This document shows, piece after piece, positions 1 through 9,270 of a DNA stretch of 35,829 bases. This DNA comes from Candidatus Woesearchaeota archaeon (GTDB lineage: Archaea > Nanobdellota > Nanobdellia > SCGC-AAA011-G17 > JACPIM01). Under the pieces are notes generated by a model. It did not search any database. It was not told the origin of the DNA and was given only the letters and a program-made list of their open reading frames with translations. Made by a program: the position numbers and the translations under genes. The stretch lies in assembly GCA_964367445.1 (NCBI GenBank), contig CAYIXS010000002.1, positions 1 to 35,829 on the forward strand, in the 5' to 3' direction. Numbering within the stretch: position 1 is the stretch's first letter; the number at the start of each line of letters is the position of its first letter.

Positions 1-2
1 AA

Positions 3-239
3 TGTGTTTCATTTTTTGAAAGAGAAAAATTAGATAAAGAATTTAAAGATGCTTGCGATATTTATGCACTTTTAATTTATTCTGAAAAAATATTCAAGGT
101 TACTAAAAATATTAGAAATTCAATAGAGAAAATAATTAGAAGAAGAGATTTAAGTGAGTTTATTGCTGAAAATGTACTTAGAGACGTAACAAAAGTTAAT
201 ATAGTAATCTCTAATTTATCAAAAATTATGAAGAAATAA
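3..239 (+). CDS. 3' end of a CDS truncated by the window edge; hypothetical protein
   Basis: Frame is open from the window edge (CVSFFEREKLDKEF...SNLSKIMKK) to TAA 237-239. It is absent from the ORF track because no start lies in the window. No motif recognised. Confidence 0.35.
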   Translation, partial: CVSFFEREKLDKEFKDACDIYALLIYSEKIFKVTKNIRNSIEKIIRRRDLSEFIAENVLRDVTKVNIVISNLSKIMKK

Positions 240-295
240 AATACTAAACATTTTGAAAAGATTTCTAGTTTAAAAATAATCTCTTAGGTTTTAAA

Positions 296-727
296 TTAAT
301 TAGCTATATCTCTTAATTCTATAGTATAGAAGTAATGCGGATATGACCAATAACTTTTTTCATCATTTAATACAGATCTTACTCTCCAATAGTATTTTTT
401 ATTTATATCTAAAGCTATTCCAGGATAATAAGCATAAATTGGTGAAGATTGATAATATGTCAGATTTTTGAAATCTTTTTTTTCTGAAATCTGTATCTCA
501 TAGGAAATATTCTCGTATTTCATTTCATTCCATATTAAAGCAATTTTGTCATTAGGGAGTCTATCACCATTTTCTGGTAAAACAGTTATGGGCATTTTTA
601 AAATATCTTCTTGGATTATATTTGCGAATAAATAGATAATGTAAACTATGATAATTAAGTACAAAGGCCAAATTCTTTTTAATTCATAAGGAACTGCGTT
701 TCTTATCATTTTCCTTTCTCCTTTCAT
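296..727 (-). CDS. small membrane-anchored protein with FN3-like beta-sandwich domain
   Basis: N-terminal hydrophobic helix (IWPLYLIIIVYIIYLF), then a YYWRVRS...SYWS motif typical of FN3-like modules. It is the last gene of the minus-strand operon and overlaps the upstream gene. Confidence 0.55.
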   Translation of the reverse strand: MKGERKMIRNAVPYELKRIWPLYLIIIVYIIYLFANIIQEDILKMPITVLPENGDRLPNDKIALIWNEMKYENISYEIQISEKKDFKNLTYYQSSPIYAYYPGIALDINKKYYWRVRSVLNDEKSYWSYPHYFYTIELRDIAN

Positions 728-3071
728 ATTTAAAATGATAAATTGTTAATAGTATTAATGTGATTACTACTATTAATATGCTTAAGATATAATTATTATG
801 TCCTTTGAATTTAAATTCTATCTTGTGTTCTCCTTTGGGTACTAGGATAGCATTAAATCCTGGAGTAATATAATAAGTTTGAACTTTTTTTCCATCTATA
901 AATGCTTGCCATCCTTTATAATATGTTTTTTTAAAGTATAGTGGTTTCTCTTTATCAGTTATTATATTGGCTGAATTATAGTCATTATTATCTTCTAATT
1001 CTGTAAAATAAGAATTTCCTGTGATTAATTCTGTTTTTATATCTGGTATATCTTTGATTATTGTTGTTTTTATTCCTGGAATTTCTTTATATGAGTAAAT
1101 AAGCCCACTATAATCTTTTAATATATCTTTATTCTCTATTGATAAAACTAAAACTGCTGGAAAAACCTCTTGATTTATCTCAATATTTTTATCATAATTT
1201 ATGAAATAAACTGAATTTTTAGGATCTATTGAATCCCTATATATGCCTGTCCATTTGACTAGCAAGTTATACCATTCTTGTTTATTTCCAAAAACTAAAA
1301 CGGGTTTTTTATTTACGAATTCAAAGTAAGAATAATTTCCTTTTATTTCATATACAAAGAAATTTTCATTTTCAATTAATAAATCTGAATTTTGTTTTAT
1401 CTGGGTTAGATTATACTGGTTGTTTTTAAATGAAAAAATATAACGGACGTTGTTTAATTTTTGTAAATTATAATTGCAACATAGTTCTGATCTGTAAGAA
1501 TCTAACATATATCTGTTAATCCCTCCATATAACGTTACGTATGCTCCGTTGATAATGTCATTTTTATTTACTAATGTTGGCAAAATTGTCATGTAAAAAA
1601 ATTCAAAACTTGTTTTTGGATTACCATAAACTCTTCCTGGTTGCGTTTCCCTTCTTAGAATTTCAACTGCTTCTTTGAATTGATTATTAATACCGTATTT
1701 TTCACTTGGTGGAATGATGTTTCCGTAATCATCTAGGTTTAAGTATTCCCTATCAATCTGGATTTTTGCAACTTTGTATCTATCAATATAAATTGTGCTT
1801 ATAAATAAAGTTGTTATTATTAAAAATAGGATTATGAAATATGTATTTTTTATTTTCAAATATCTTGAAAATAGTTTTCTTATCAATTTGATTATGTAAA
1901 ATAATCCGACTCCCGCCAAACATATTGCAAAAAATTCTATTAGAACGACGCCGTGTAAAAAAGTATAGTTTTTGTAAAACGGAATCAATCTTATTAATGG
2001 GATATCATCGAAGCTAAGCATTAATAAAAAAGAAAATAAAAATCCAATGGATAAAAATGCAGATTTTATCTGCCTTATTTTTATTATTGAAATAATTAAA
2101 CCTAATAGCAATAATATTGTTAAAATTGGTAATCTAGATGTGTTTGTATTGCTCCATTTGTATAAGTCTAGCTTTCCTTTTTGTTCTCCTCTATCAAACA
2201 TTGCTCCTGAGAATAAATTGTAAATACCTTCTGATGTTGTGAACATTGTTACTTCAAAGACATCTCTGGAGGTTGGACTAAAAATTCCTGGTTTTTCTAG
2301 TTCTTTTGAAGAAATAAATGGTATTGTGTATGTGGATGTTAAAATACCAGAGATTATCAATATTACAATTAACTTTACTAAACTTTTATGTGTTTCTTTT
2401 AATGGTTGACATATTAGTTTTATTAAAAAATAAACTCCAATTGCTAAAACTAAGGTGTAAGCGATATAGGGATGAGCTAAATAAATTAAAGCAATTAGTA
2501 TAGGCACTAGGATTATTGATTCTTTATATTCGATTGAAGCATATAATTTTCCTAGAGCAAAGGGAGTAAGCAATATTGCTATGGATTGCTTTAATAAACC
2601 AAAATTAAAATATGCGTGAATTGTATGGCCAAAAGTACTAATTGGGGCAATTGCAAATAAAGAAGATAAACCTGCGGTTAAATAATCGAACTTAAGTTTT
2701 CTCATGAAATAAAAAATAGCTAATGGGTAGAAGGCCAGGGAGAGAACTAAAACTAACTTATGCCAAAACATTAATGAGATTAATTTTAAAGATAAGAAAT
2801 GCAATAAAACCGGGATGTAATAAGATAATGGTGGCCTAAAAGCGAAAACAGGATCTCCCAAACCATAAAGTTCTGACCACCCAAAAATTGTTTTTTGCTC
2901 TTGAATTATCTTTTCTAAATCATATTCGTGGGCTATGTGGATAACATCATCACCAGCCCTATTGAAGCCTGGTTGTAATACTGTGGATGTGATTATAAAA
3001 GTGAATATAATTGAGACTAATAGCAAGAAATATGAAAAATACCGTTTTGTGTTGTCTGTTAATTCTATCAT
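684..3071 (-). CDS. YfhO-like / GT-C fold polytopic membrane glycosyltransferase
   Basis: Many TM helices followed by a soluble C-terminal domain ending YYKGWQAFIDGKKV...GEHKIEFKF, as in the YfhO family. The track ORF starts at 3137. I prefer ATG 3071 (MIELTDNTKRYF), which forms an ATGA overlap with the upstream stop at 3068-3070. Confidence 0.7.
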   Translation of the reverse strand: MIELTDNTKRYFSYFLLLVSIIFTFIITSTVLQPGFNRAGDDVIHIAHEYDLEKIIQEQKTIFGWSELYGLGDPVFAFRPPLSYYIPVLLHFLSLKLISLMFWHKLVLVLSLAFYPLAIFYFMRKLKFDYLTAGLSSLFAIAPISTFGHTIHAYFNFGLLKQSIAILLTPFALGKLYASIEYKESIILVPILIALIYLAHPYIAYTLVLAIGVYFLIKLICQPLKETHKSLVKLIVILIISGILTSTYTIPFISSKELEKPGIFSPTSRDVFEVTMFTTSEGIYNLFSGAMFDRGEQKGKLDLYKWSNTNTSRLPILTILLLLGLIISIIKIRQIKSAFLSIGFLFSFLLMLSFDDIPLIRLIPFYKNYTFLHGVVLIEFFAICLAGVGLFYIIKLIRKLFSRYLKIKNTYFIILFLIITTLFISTIYIDRYKVAKIQIDREYLNLDDYGNIIPPSEKYGINNQFKEAVEILRRETQPGRVYGNPKTSFEFFYMTILPTLVNKNDIINGAYVTLYGGINRYMLDSYRSELCCNYNLQKLNNVRYIFSFKNNQYNLTQIKQNSDLLIENENFFVYEIKGNYSYFEFVNKKPVLVFGNKQEWYNLLVKWTGIYRDSIDPKNSVYFINYDKNIEINQEVFPAVLVLSIENKDILKDYSGLIYSYKEIPGIKTTIIKDIPDIKTELITGNSYFTELEDNNDYNSANIITDKEKPLYFKKTYYKGWQAFIDGKKVQTYYITPGFNAILVPKGEHKIEFKFKGHNNYILSILIVVITLILLTIYHFKYERRKENDKKRSSL

Positions 3072-4990
3072 CTTCCTGTTTTTTTCCTGATTAATGGACC
3101 TATTAAATTGCATATTGGTAATGGAATATGTTTCCATATTTTAATATAGGTTTTAAGTTCTTCGGTTCTTGGGTCTATAATTGGTTTTTTGCTGAAAAAT
3201 AAATATTTCCAATTCCTATCTTTTAAATTATTAGTGAATTTATTTTTAAAATCAAAATTGCCTGAATTTTCTCTTGTTGAACCTAAGTCCAGGGTTTCTA
3301 GTTTTTTGCTATATGTTTTTATGAAATTCCATATCATTAATGTTATCGGGTTTAAATTTTTGAATTTTAATAGTGAAACTCCGTGCAACCACCTGGCTGT
3401 TTTATTATCTATTAAGAAAATAGAGCCTGCTATGTATATATCTTTGTTCTTTATTAAGTAAGCTTTGAGGTTTTCTGGATAAAGTTCTATGAATAAGTTT
3501 TTAAAAAATTCAAAAGTTAAAGGCGGGGTTCCCAGTTCGTGCATATTTTTTTGATAAATGGAATAAAATATCTTAAGTTGCTTTATAGATGTGATTTCTT
3601 CAGTTATGAGATTTTCTCTTTCTGCTCTTTTTATTGTATTTCTCAACTTTTTATCAAAATTTTTGAAAATTTCTTCTTCTTTTTTGTTTAAATTTATTAA
3701 AAAAGTGTAATAGTTCCAAGGCTTTATGAATTTCTTATTTTCTATTTCCAGTTTGTGTATTTCTATTTGATCAGTATCTAGTTGATTTTTATTTAATTCA
3801 TTTAAAATAAAATCTATTGAGTTATTGTCTCCTAACGGGCCTGCTTCATCTCCATAAGGGATTGAGATTAGCTTATTTCCAAATATTCTGCTTTTGATTA
3901 AAAACGAGGGTAAAATTGCTTTAATCTTGTTGTTTTCCTCTATAAAAAAGTAATAGGAATGATAATTTGTTGTTTTTTCTATAATATTTTTCCATTTAAA
4001 TGTTTGAAAAATAGTTCCGTTATTTTCTTTTACGAAATTATCCCATTTTTCTTGATTTGAACTAGAAGCGATCTTAATATTTTCGTTATTGAAAGTTTTT
4101 TTTCTTTTAAAGAATAATGGTATGGCAAACAACCCAGGTATAATATTTATTATAAAGAAGGTCAATGATGAGAGTAATGATAAAGCGGGATCTATATTGA
4201 CTAACTTGAAGAAATAAATAATCACTGCATCTTTACTTCCCAAGCCTGTGAATGTGAATGGGAATATTCTTGCCAGAGTAATTAAAGGCGAGATTGTGAA
4301 GATGTAGAAAATATTTATGTTAATTGAAAACATTTTACATATAAAATAAAATTCTATGAAACTAATAAACCATGAGATTAATGATAAGATGAAAATTTCT
4401 ATCTTTAATTTAAACTGCATTGTGAAAGAACTAAGTAATATCTCTCTGTTTAATTCTGTTTTCGAGAAAATTTTAATTAATCTATTTAGAATATTCCATG
4501 GGATAAAATTTGGGAAGAATAGAAATAATGATGAAACTATAAATAAAATTAAGAAAATTATGGTGTAATAGATACTAAAAATCCATGAAAAAATAAGGCC
4601 TAAGGCAAAGATTGAAATTGCGGCTATTAAAATATCTACTATGCTAGCAGAGAGCATTTCTTCTTTTAAGCCTGTTCTTTTATAGCCGAAATAAGACCTG
4701 AATAAACCGCCTGAGCTGGCTGGCAAAAAAATGTTTAGTGCTATTGCTATTAAACTAAGGGAGAAGGATTCTCTGAATGAAATTTTTTTACTGTCTTTGT
4801 TTATTATTCTTTTAAATATATGGGATCTTATTATTAAAAATAACAAAAGCAAAATAAAAATAGGGATTAAAAATATTTTTTTAGATTGTTTTAGTGTGAT
4901 AATGAAAGAATTAAAATCTATGAAATTAAATAATACTATTAATATTATTATTGAAATTAATAATTTAACTAGATTAATATATTTTTTCAT
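3068..4990 (-). CDS. MprF-like fusion: flippase-like (LPG-synthase TM / UPF0104) domain + FemAB/CelD-like GNAT acyltransferase domain
   Basis: The N-terminal ~300 aa are polytopic. The C-terminal ~330 aa (KWDNFV...FQTFKWKNI...ISIPYGDEAGPLG...ARWLHGVS) resemble the FemAB/GNAT fold. The start ATG 4990 overlaps the upstream stop by 1 nt (TAATG). Confidence 0.7.
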   Translation of the reverse strand: MKKYINLVKLLISIIILIVLFNFIDFNSFIITLKQSKKIFLIPIFILLLLFLIIRSHIFKRIINKDSKKISFRESFSLSLIAIALNIFLPASSGGLFRSYFGYKRTGLKEEMLSASIVDILIAAISIFALGLIFSWIFSIYYTIIFLILFIVSSLFLFFPNFIPWNILNRLIKIFSKTELNREILLSSFTMQFKLKIEIFILSLISWFISFIEFYFICKMFSININIFYIFTISPLITLARIFPFTFTGLGSKDAVIIYFFKLVNIDPALSLLSSLTFFIINIIPGLFAIPLFFKRKKTFNNENIKIASSSNQEKWDNFVKENNGTIFQTFKWKNIIEKTTNYHSYYFFIEENNKIKAILPSFLIKSRIFGNKLISIPYGDEAGPLGDNNSIDFILNELNKNQLDTDQIEIHKLEIENKKFIKPWNYYTFLINLNKKEEEIFKNFDKKLRNTIKRAERENLITEEITSIKQLKIFYSIYQKNMHELGTPPLTFEFFKNLFIELYPENLKAYLIKNKDIYIAGSIFLIDNKTARWLHGVSLLKFKNLNPITLMIWNFIKTYSKKLETLDLGSTRENSGNFDFKNKFTNNLKDRNWKYLFFSKKPIIDPRTEELKTYIKIWKHIPLPICNLIGPLIRKKTGR

Positions 4991-5610
4991 TAAACTCTCC
5001 TAAAATCTAAAATATAGACTGGATTTAATAAGGGTATTATGTTATATTTTTTATGGAGTTTAAAATTATGTTTATTAAAGATATATTTTATTTCTCTTAC
5101 AGTTGATGCTTTCCATGAATACTCTTGGTTTTTTGTTAGTATTCTTCTCAAATAATTTATTGAGTTTTTGTTTTTTATTTCAATCAGTATCTGGTATTTT
5201 GTTACCCTGCATAATTCTTTTATGGCGGTTTCTGTATCTTTTACATGATGCAGGGTGTTCAAGCAAACCGTTGTATCAAACGTTTTTTCTTGGAATGGAA
5301 TTTTATAGATTGAAGATGTCATGAAATTTATACTTGGAAAGGTTTTTTTTGCTATTTTAATCATTTCTTCAGAAATGTCTATTGCTGTTGTTTTTGCTAT
5401 TTTATTTAATTCATTTGTAAACTCTCCATTACCGCAACCAATATCTAATATGCTTTCTTTATGCTCAATTGAATCAAGAATTATTTTCCTATTTTTATTT
5501 TGAATATAATTACTCAATCTACTGGTATTTTTTTCTAACTGATAGTTCCCTTTCCTAATTTTAGCTACATTATTAAAATACTTCTTGTTTTTTATTTCAA
5601 ATTCATCCAT
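4990..5610 (-). CDS. class I SAM-dependent methyltransferase
   Basis: Motif I ILDIGCGNGEF and the downstream FDTTVCLNTLHH motif, in a 206-aa protein. Confidence 0.85.
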   Translation of the reverse strand: MDEFEIKNKKYFNNVAKIRKGNYQLEKNTSRLSNYIQNKNRKIILDSIEHKESILDIGCGNGEFTNELNKIAKTTAIDISEEMIKIAKKTFPSINFMTSSIYKIPFQEKTFDTTVCLNTLHHVKDTETAIKELCRVTKYQILIEIKNKNSINYLRRILTKNQEYSWKASTVREIKYIFNKHNFKLHKKYNIIPLLNPVYILDFRRV

Positions 5611-5612
5611 AT

Positions 5613-6560
5613 TTATTCTAGGTATTCTTTAATTTTGATATGTTTATTGTTATTTTGAGAAATATTTGTTATCATTTCTCCTATTAAGCCTAAAGAAACA
5701 AATTGAATACCTAGCACTAGAAGTAGCACTGATAGTATAAGTAACGGCCTGTTACCTATTGGATTTCCCAATAACCAGAGATAAAATAAATCTAAACCTA
5801 TAATAAATCCTATAGCTAAGAAAATTAAACCGATTGTTCCAAAGAAATGCAATGGGGTTCTTATATAAGTACCTAGAAATTTAGCGGTTAATAAGTCAAA
5901 AAAACCAGAATGTATTTTTCTTATTTTGAATTTTGAAGAGCCGTATTTTCTTCTTGAAGTTGTTGTTGGGATTTCTGTAATTCTTGTGTAGCCTTGCCAA
6001 TATGCCAAAACCGGGATATATCTGTATAAGCCACCATAAAGATTTAGGTCTTTAGCTACATAATCTTTATATGCTTTAAATGGGCTGTTAAAGTCATTTA
6101 GCCTTATGTCTGTTATCGCTCTTGTTAGGAAATTATAAATTTTTGAGTTTAATTTTTTTATTGGTTTGTGGACATATTTATTCACTTTCCAGCCATTTAC
6201 TAAGTGATAACCTTGATTTATTTTATTTACTAATCTTGGTATTTCTTCTGGTAGATCTTGCAAATCTCCATCCATTGTTATAATAATGTTTCCAGAAGCT
6301 TTTTCAAAACCTGCTGAATATGCGGATGACTTTCCTAGGTTTTTAAAAAAGGAGATTACTTTAATATTTTTCTCTTTTTTATTTAATTCTCTTAGAACAT
6401 TTAGTGTATTGTCTGTTGAACCATCATCTACGAAAATAACCTCAAAATTCTTGTCTTGCAATGTTTTTTTTATTCTTGAATAGAGCTCCATTACATTGTT
6501 TTCTTCATTAAAAACCGGTATGACTATTGAAATGTCTTTTTTAGTTTGGGGGCTGTTCAT
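5613..6560 (-). CDS. GT2 polyprenol-phosphate glycosyltransferase (DPM1/GtrB-like) with C-terminal TM helices
   Basis: ISIVIPVFNEE...VIFVDDGSTDNT and DGDLQD (DxD) motifs, with two C-terminal TM helices. Confidence 0.9.
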   Translation of the reverse strand: MNSPQTKKDISIVIPVFNEENNVMELYSRIKKTLQDKNFEVIFVDDGSTDNTLNVLRELNKKEKNIKVISFFKNLGKSSAYSAGFEKASGNIIITMDGDLQDLPEEIPRLVNKINQGYHLVNGWKVNKYVHKPIKKLNSKIYNFLTRAITDIRLNDFNSPFKAYKDYVAKDLNLYGGLYRYIPVLAYWQGYTRITEIPTTTSRRKYGSSKFKIRKIHSGFFDLLTAKFLGTYIRTPLHFFGTIGLIFLAIGFIIGLDLFYLWLLGNPIGNRPLLILSVLLLVLGIQFVSLGLIGEMITNISQNNNKHIKIKEYLE

Positions 6561-7389
6561 TTTTTTGTTCTTTTGCTAATTTCTTTTTTCTTTTAATTTC
6601 TAAGAATATTATTATTGAAATAAATGCTAGGATTATGATTATAGTGATTATTATTGTTACCGGAAGTTTGATTGGTGAAGGTGAATTTTCGACTAATTTT
6701 ATGTTTCCTCTTAAAATATTTGTATAATGTTTGCTGTTTTCATCATATTCTAATATTGCTGCGATTACATAATTGCTTCCTGGCAGAGCGCTGAAACGTT
6801 CTATATTAAATTCATAATTTGCTTTTGATTTTGGCTTCATAGTTAATTGTAGGGTGCTATTCTCAGAAGTTAATTCTTTAGGCAAGTGTAATCTTAGTTT
6901 AATGTTTTTTTGTAGATTTTCATCTAGGTTTATTATTTCTAATGGCAATTTTCCAGAATCTGACATTTCTAAACTTTTTAATGTTCCAAAAACTAAGGGA
7001 GAGGTATCTTCCTTAATAACAACGTAAGAAGGAGAGATTGAGGAAAAAGCATAATTGTTCAAATCATAATATCTTGTTTTTAGTATTAATGGGTATCTTC
7101 CTGGTGTGTTTATATTAGTGCTTATTGGAATATTCCATGAATGTGAAGATCCCGGATCTAATTGAGATATTGCCTCTCCTAAAAATGATTTACTGATGAA
7201 CTCTATTTCAGGCTGAACTGCCATTGCCGGTTCATCTCCTTTGTTTTCCATGGTTAAACTAACTAACCCTTCTTCTGGTAAAGATGTGCTATTTACTTGT
7301 ATCTGGGTAGTTAAACTAATAAAAGAAGCACTTACTAGATTAATTAAAAATATAGATACCAATAATGAACTAAATAGTAACTTTGGCAT
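6541..7389 (-). CDS. secreted, C-terminally anchored protein with CARDB/NEW3-like beta-sandwich repeats
   Basis: N-terminal signal-like helix, two beta-rich domains, a C-terminal TM (VTIIITIIIILAFISIIIFL) and a basic tail. It is the first gene of the operon. Confidence 0.6.
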   Translation of the reverse strand: MPKLLFSSLLVSIFLINLVSASFISLTTQIQVNSTSLPEEGLVSLTMENKGDEPAMAVQPEIEFISKSFLGEAISQLDPGSSHSWNIPISTNINTPGRYPLILKTRYYDLNNYAFSSISPSYVVIKEDTSPLVFGTLKSLEMSDSGKLPLEIINLDENLQKNIKLRLHLPKELTSENSTLQLTMKPKSKANYEFNIERFSALPGSNYVIAAILEYDENSKHYTNILRGNIKLVENSPSPIKLPVTIIITIIIILAFISIIIFLEIKRKKKLAKEQKNEQPPN

Positions 7390-7608
7390 TAATATCGGTG
7401 AAATAATGTGTTTTATATCTTTTTTGGTATAATATTCATTTGGAGAAAAAGTGAAAATAGGACTAGCTTTTTATTTATCAATCTCCTTGGGATATTAAAA
7501 GATCTATTTTGTGTAAACGTGTATATAAAAATTTAGAATAAATCGTATAAATATGTATTATTAAAAATATTAGTAAATTTCTTAAATCTTAATATTGTAT
7601 TGATAAAA

Positions 7609-8838
7609 ATGATAAAACCAGAATTAATGGCTCCTGCCGGAAGTTGGGCTTGTTTAAGGGCCGCTGTAGATAGCGGGGCGGATGCTGTTTATTTAGGCAT
7701 AAGAGGACCTAATATGAGAAATAAAGCTGAAAATTTTTCTTTAGGTGAATTAAAAAAGGTTGTGAAATTTTGCCATGATAAAAATGTTAAAGTTTATGTT
7801 ACTGTGAATTCTATAGTTTATGAATGGGATTTAAAAAATAATGAAAAAATACTAGAAAAATGCAAAGAAGTTGGAGTTGATGCAGTAATTTGTTGGGATG
7901 TTTCTGTTATAAAACAAGCTAAAAAACTAGGATTAAATGTTCATTTGAGTACACAAGCTAGTGTTAGCAACAGTGAAGCTGTTAATTTTTATAAACAATT
8001 AGGAATTGATAGGGTTGTTCTAGCTAGAGAGTGCAGTTTAGAACAAATAAAAGAGATAATAAAAAATACTAAAGTTGAAGTTGAGGTTTTTGTTCATGGT
8101 GCAATGTGCATGGCTATTTCTGGAAGATGTTTTTTGAGCCAATTTACAGACGGAAGCAGTGCTAATAGGGGTGTATGCATACAAAACTGCAGAAGGGAAT
8201 ATACTGTTATAGATGATGCTGGGAATAAATTAAAATTAGGGAATGACTATATTTTGAGTGCTGAAGATTTATGTGCTCTGCCGTTTATAGAAAAATTGAT
8301 TGAGGCTAAAATTATCTGTTTTAAAATTGAAGGGAGAAATAAAGGCGCTGAATATGTAAAGAAAGTAACTGAAGCTTACAGGAAAGCAGTTGATTTTTAT
8401 TTTTCTAATAAAGACGATAAAGACTTTAACATTAAATTTAAAAAATTAAAAGATGAATTAATGGCTGGGTTGAAGGATGTTTATAATAGAGGATTAAGCA
8501 CCGGCTTTTTCTTGAATAAGCCTATAAATGCTTGGAATAATGTTCATGGAAGCAAGTCTAATAAGGTTAAAAGAGAAATAGGAAGAGTTGAAAATTATTT
8601 ATCTAAAAAAGGAGTTGCAATTGTGAAGATTTTTTCTGGTGAGCTAAAAATTGAGGACTATATTTTAATTATAGGAAATACTACTGGTATTTTGGAGCAA
8701 GAAGTTGAAAGTATGGAAATGAATGGCAAGAGAGTTGATGTTGTTAAACAAGGACAATTAGTTGGCTTAAAGGTCAATGGTAAAGTCAGAGAAGGAGATA
8801 AAGTATTCTTGTGGATTGATAGAATTACTATCGATTAG
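7609..8838 (+). CDS. peptidase U32 family protein (RlhA/TrhP-type RNA hydroxylase family)
   Basis: MIKPELMAPAGS...AVDSGADAVYLG... and GAMCMAISGRCFLS motifs typical of U32. The track start TTG 7600 was replaced by ATG 7609, which matches the family N-terminus. Confidence 0.85.
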   Translation: MIKPELMAPAGSWACLRAAVDSGADAVYLGIRGPNMRNKAENFSLGELKKVVKFCHDKNVKVYVTVNSIVYEWDLKNNEKILEKCKEVGVDAVICWDVSVIKQAKKLGLNVHLSTQASVSNSEAVNFYKQLGIDRVVLARECSLEQIKEIIKNTKVEVEVFVHGAMCMAISGRCFLSQFTDGSSANRGVCIQNCRREYTVIDDAGNKLKLGNDYILSAEDLCALPFIEKLIEAKIICFKIEGRNKGAEYVKKVTEAYRKAVDFYFSNKDDKDFNIKFKKLKDELMAGLKDVYNRGLSTGFFLNKPINAWNNVHGSKSNKVKREIGRVENYLSKKGVAIVKIFSGELKIEDYILIIGNTTGILEQEVESMEMNGKRVDVVKQGQLVGLKVNGKVREGDKVFLWIDRITID

Positions 8839-8919
8839 TGTTATTGTTGGCCTCTTGATGTTTTTGGTATGAAAAATTGAATAGAAAGTTTTAAAAATTG
8901 ACTTTTTAGTATGATTTTT

Positions 8920-9111
8920 ATGGGAAGAATTAAAACAACCTTGGTAAAAAGGGCATCTAATAAAATACTAAAAGAGAATCCTGATAAGTTTAAGAAGGAT
9001 TTTGATAGTAATAAAAAAATAGTAGATCAGTATTTAGATGTACCCAGCAAGAAATTAAGAAATGTAATTGCGGGGTATGTTACTAGGTTGGTTAATAAGG
9101 AGAAAAAATAA
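8920..9111 (+). CDS. rps17e: 30S ribosomal protein S17e
   Basis: MGRIKTTLVKRASNKIL...LRNVIAGYVTRL is the S17e signature. I chose ATG 8920 over the track start 8911. Confidence 0.9.
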   Translation: MGRIKTTLVKRASNKILKENPDKFKKDFDSNKKIVDQYLDVPSKKLRNVIAGYVTRLVNKEKK

Positions 9112-9270
9112 TTCTTATTTTATATCTTTGAACCAGAAAATATATAAACAATAATCTTTGATTAAAACAGGTAATAAGTAATTAGAATTATTATGACGTA
9201 AAAGAAGACAGTTATTTTCAACTTGTAACAGTTGATAAAATGAATACAAAAATACGGAGGATTATAGAAA

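Noticed and set aside
2318-5503. Short plus-strand ORFs inside the minus-strand glycosylation genes (2318..2503, 3189..3461, 4356..4568, 4731..5003, 5103..5324, 5321..5503)
   Set aside because: All lie fully inside longer, motif-supported minus-strand CDSs. They have hydrophobic low-complexity translations typical of antisense frames in AT-rich DNA.
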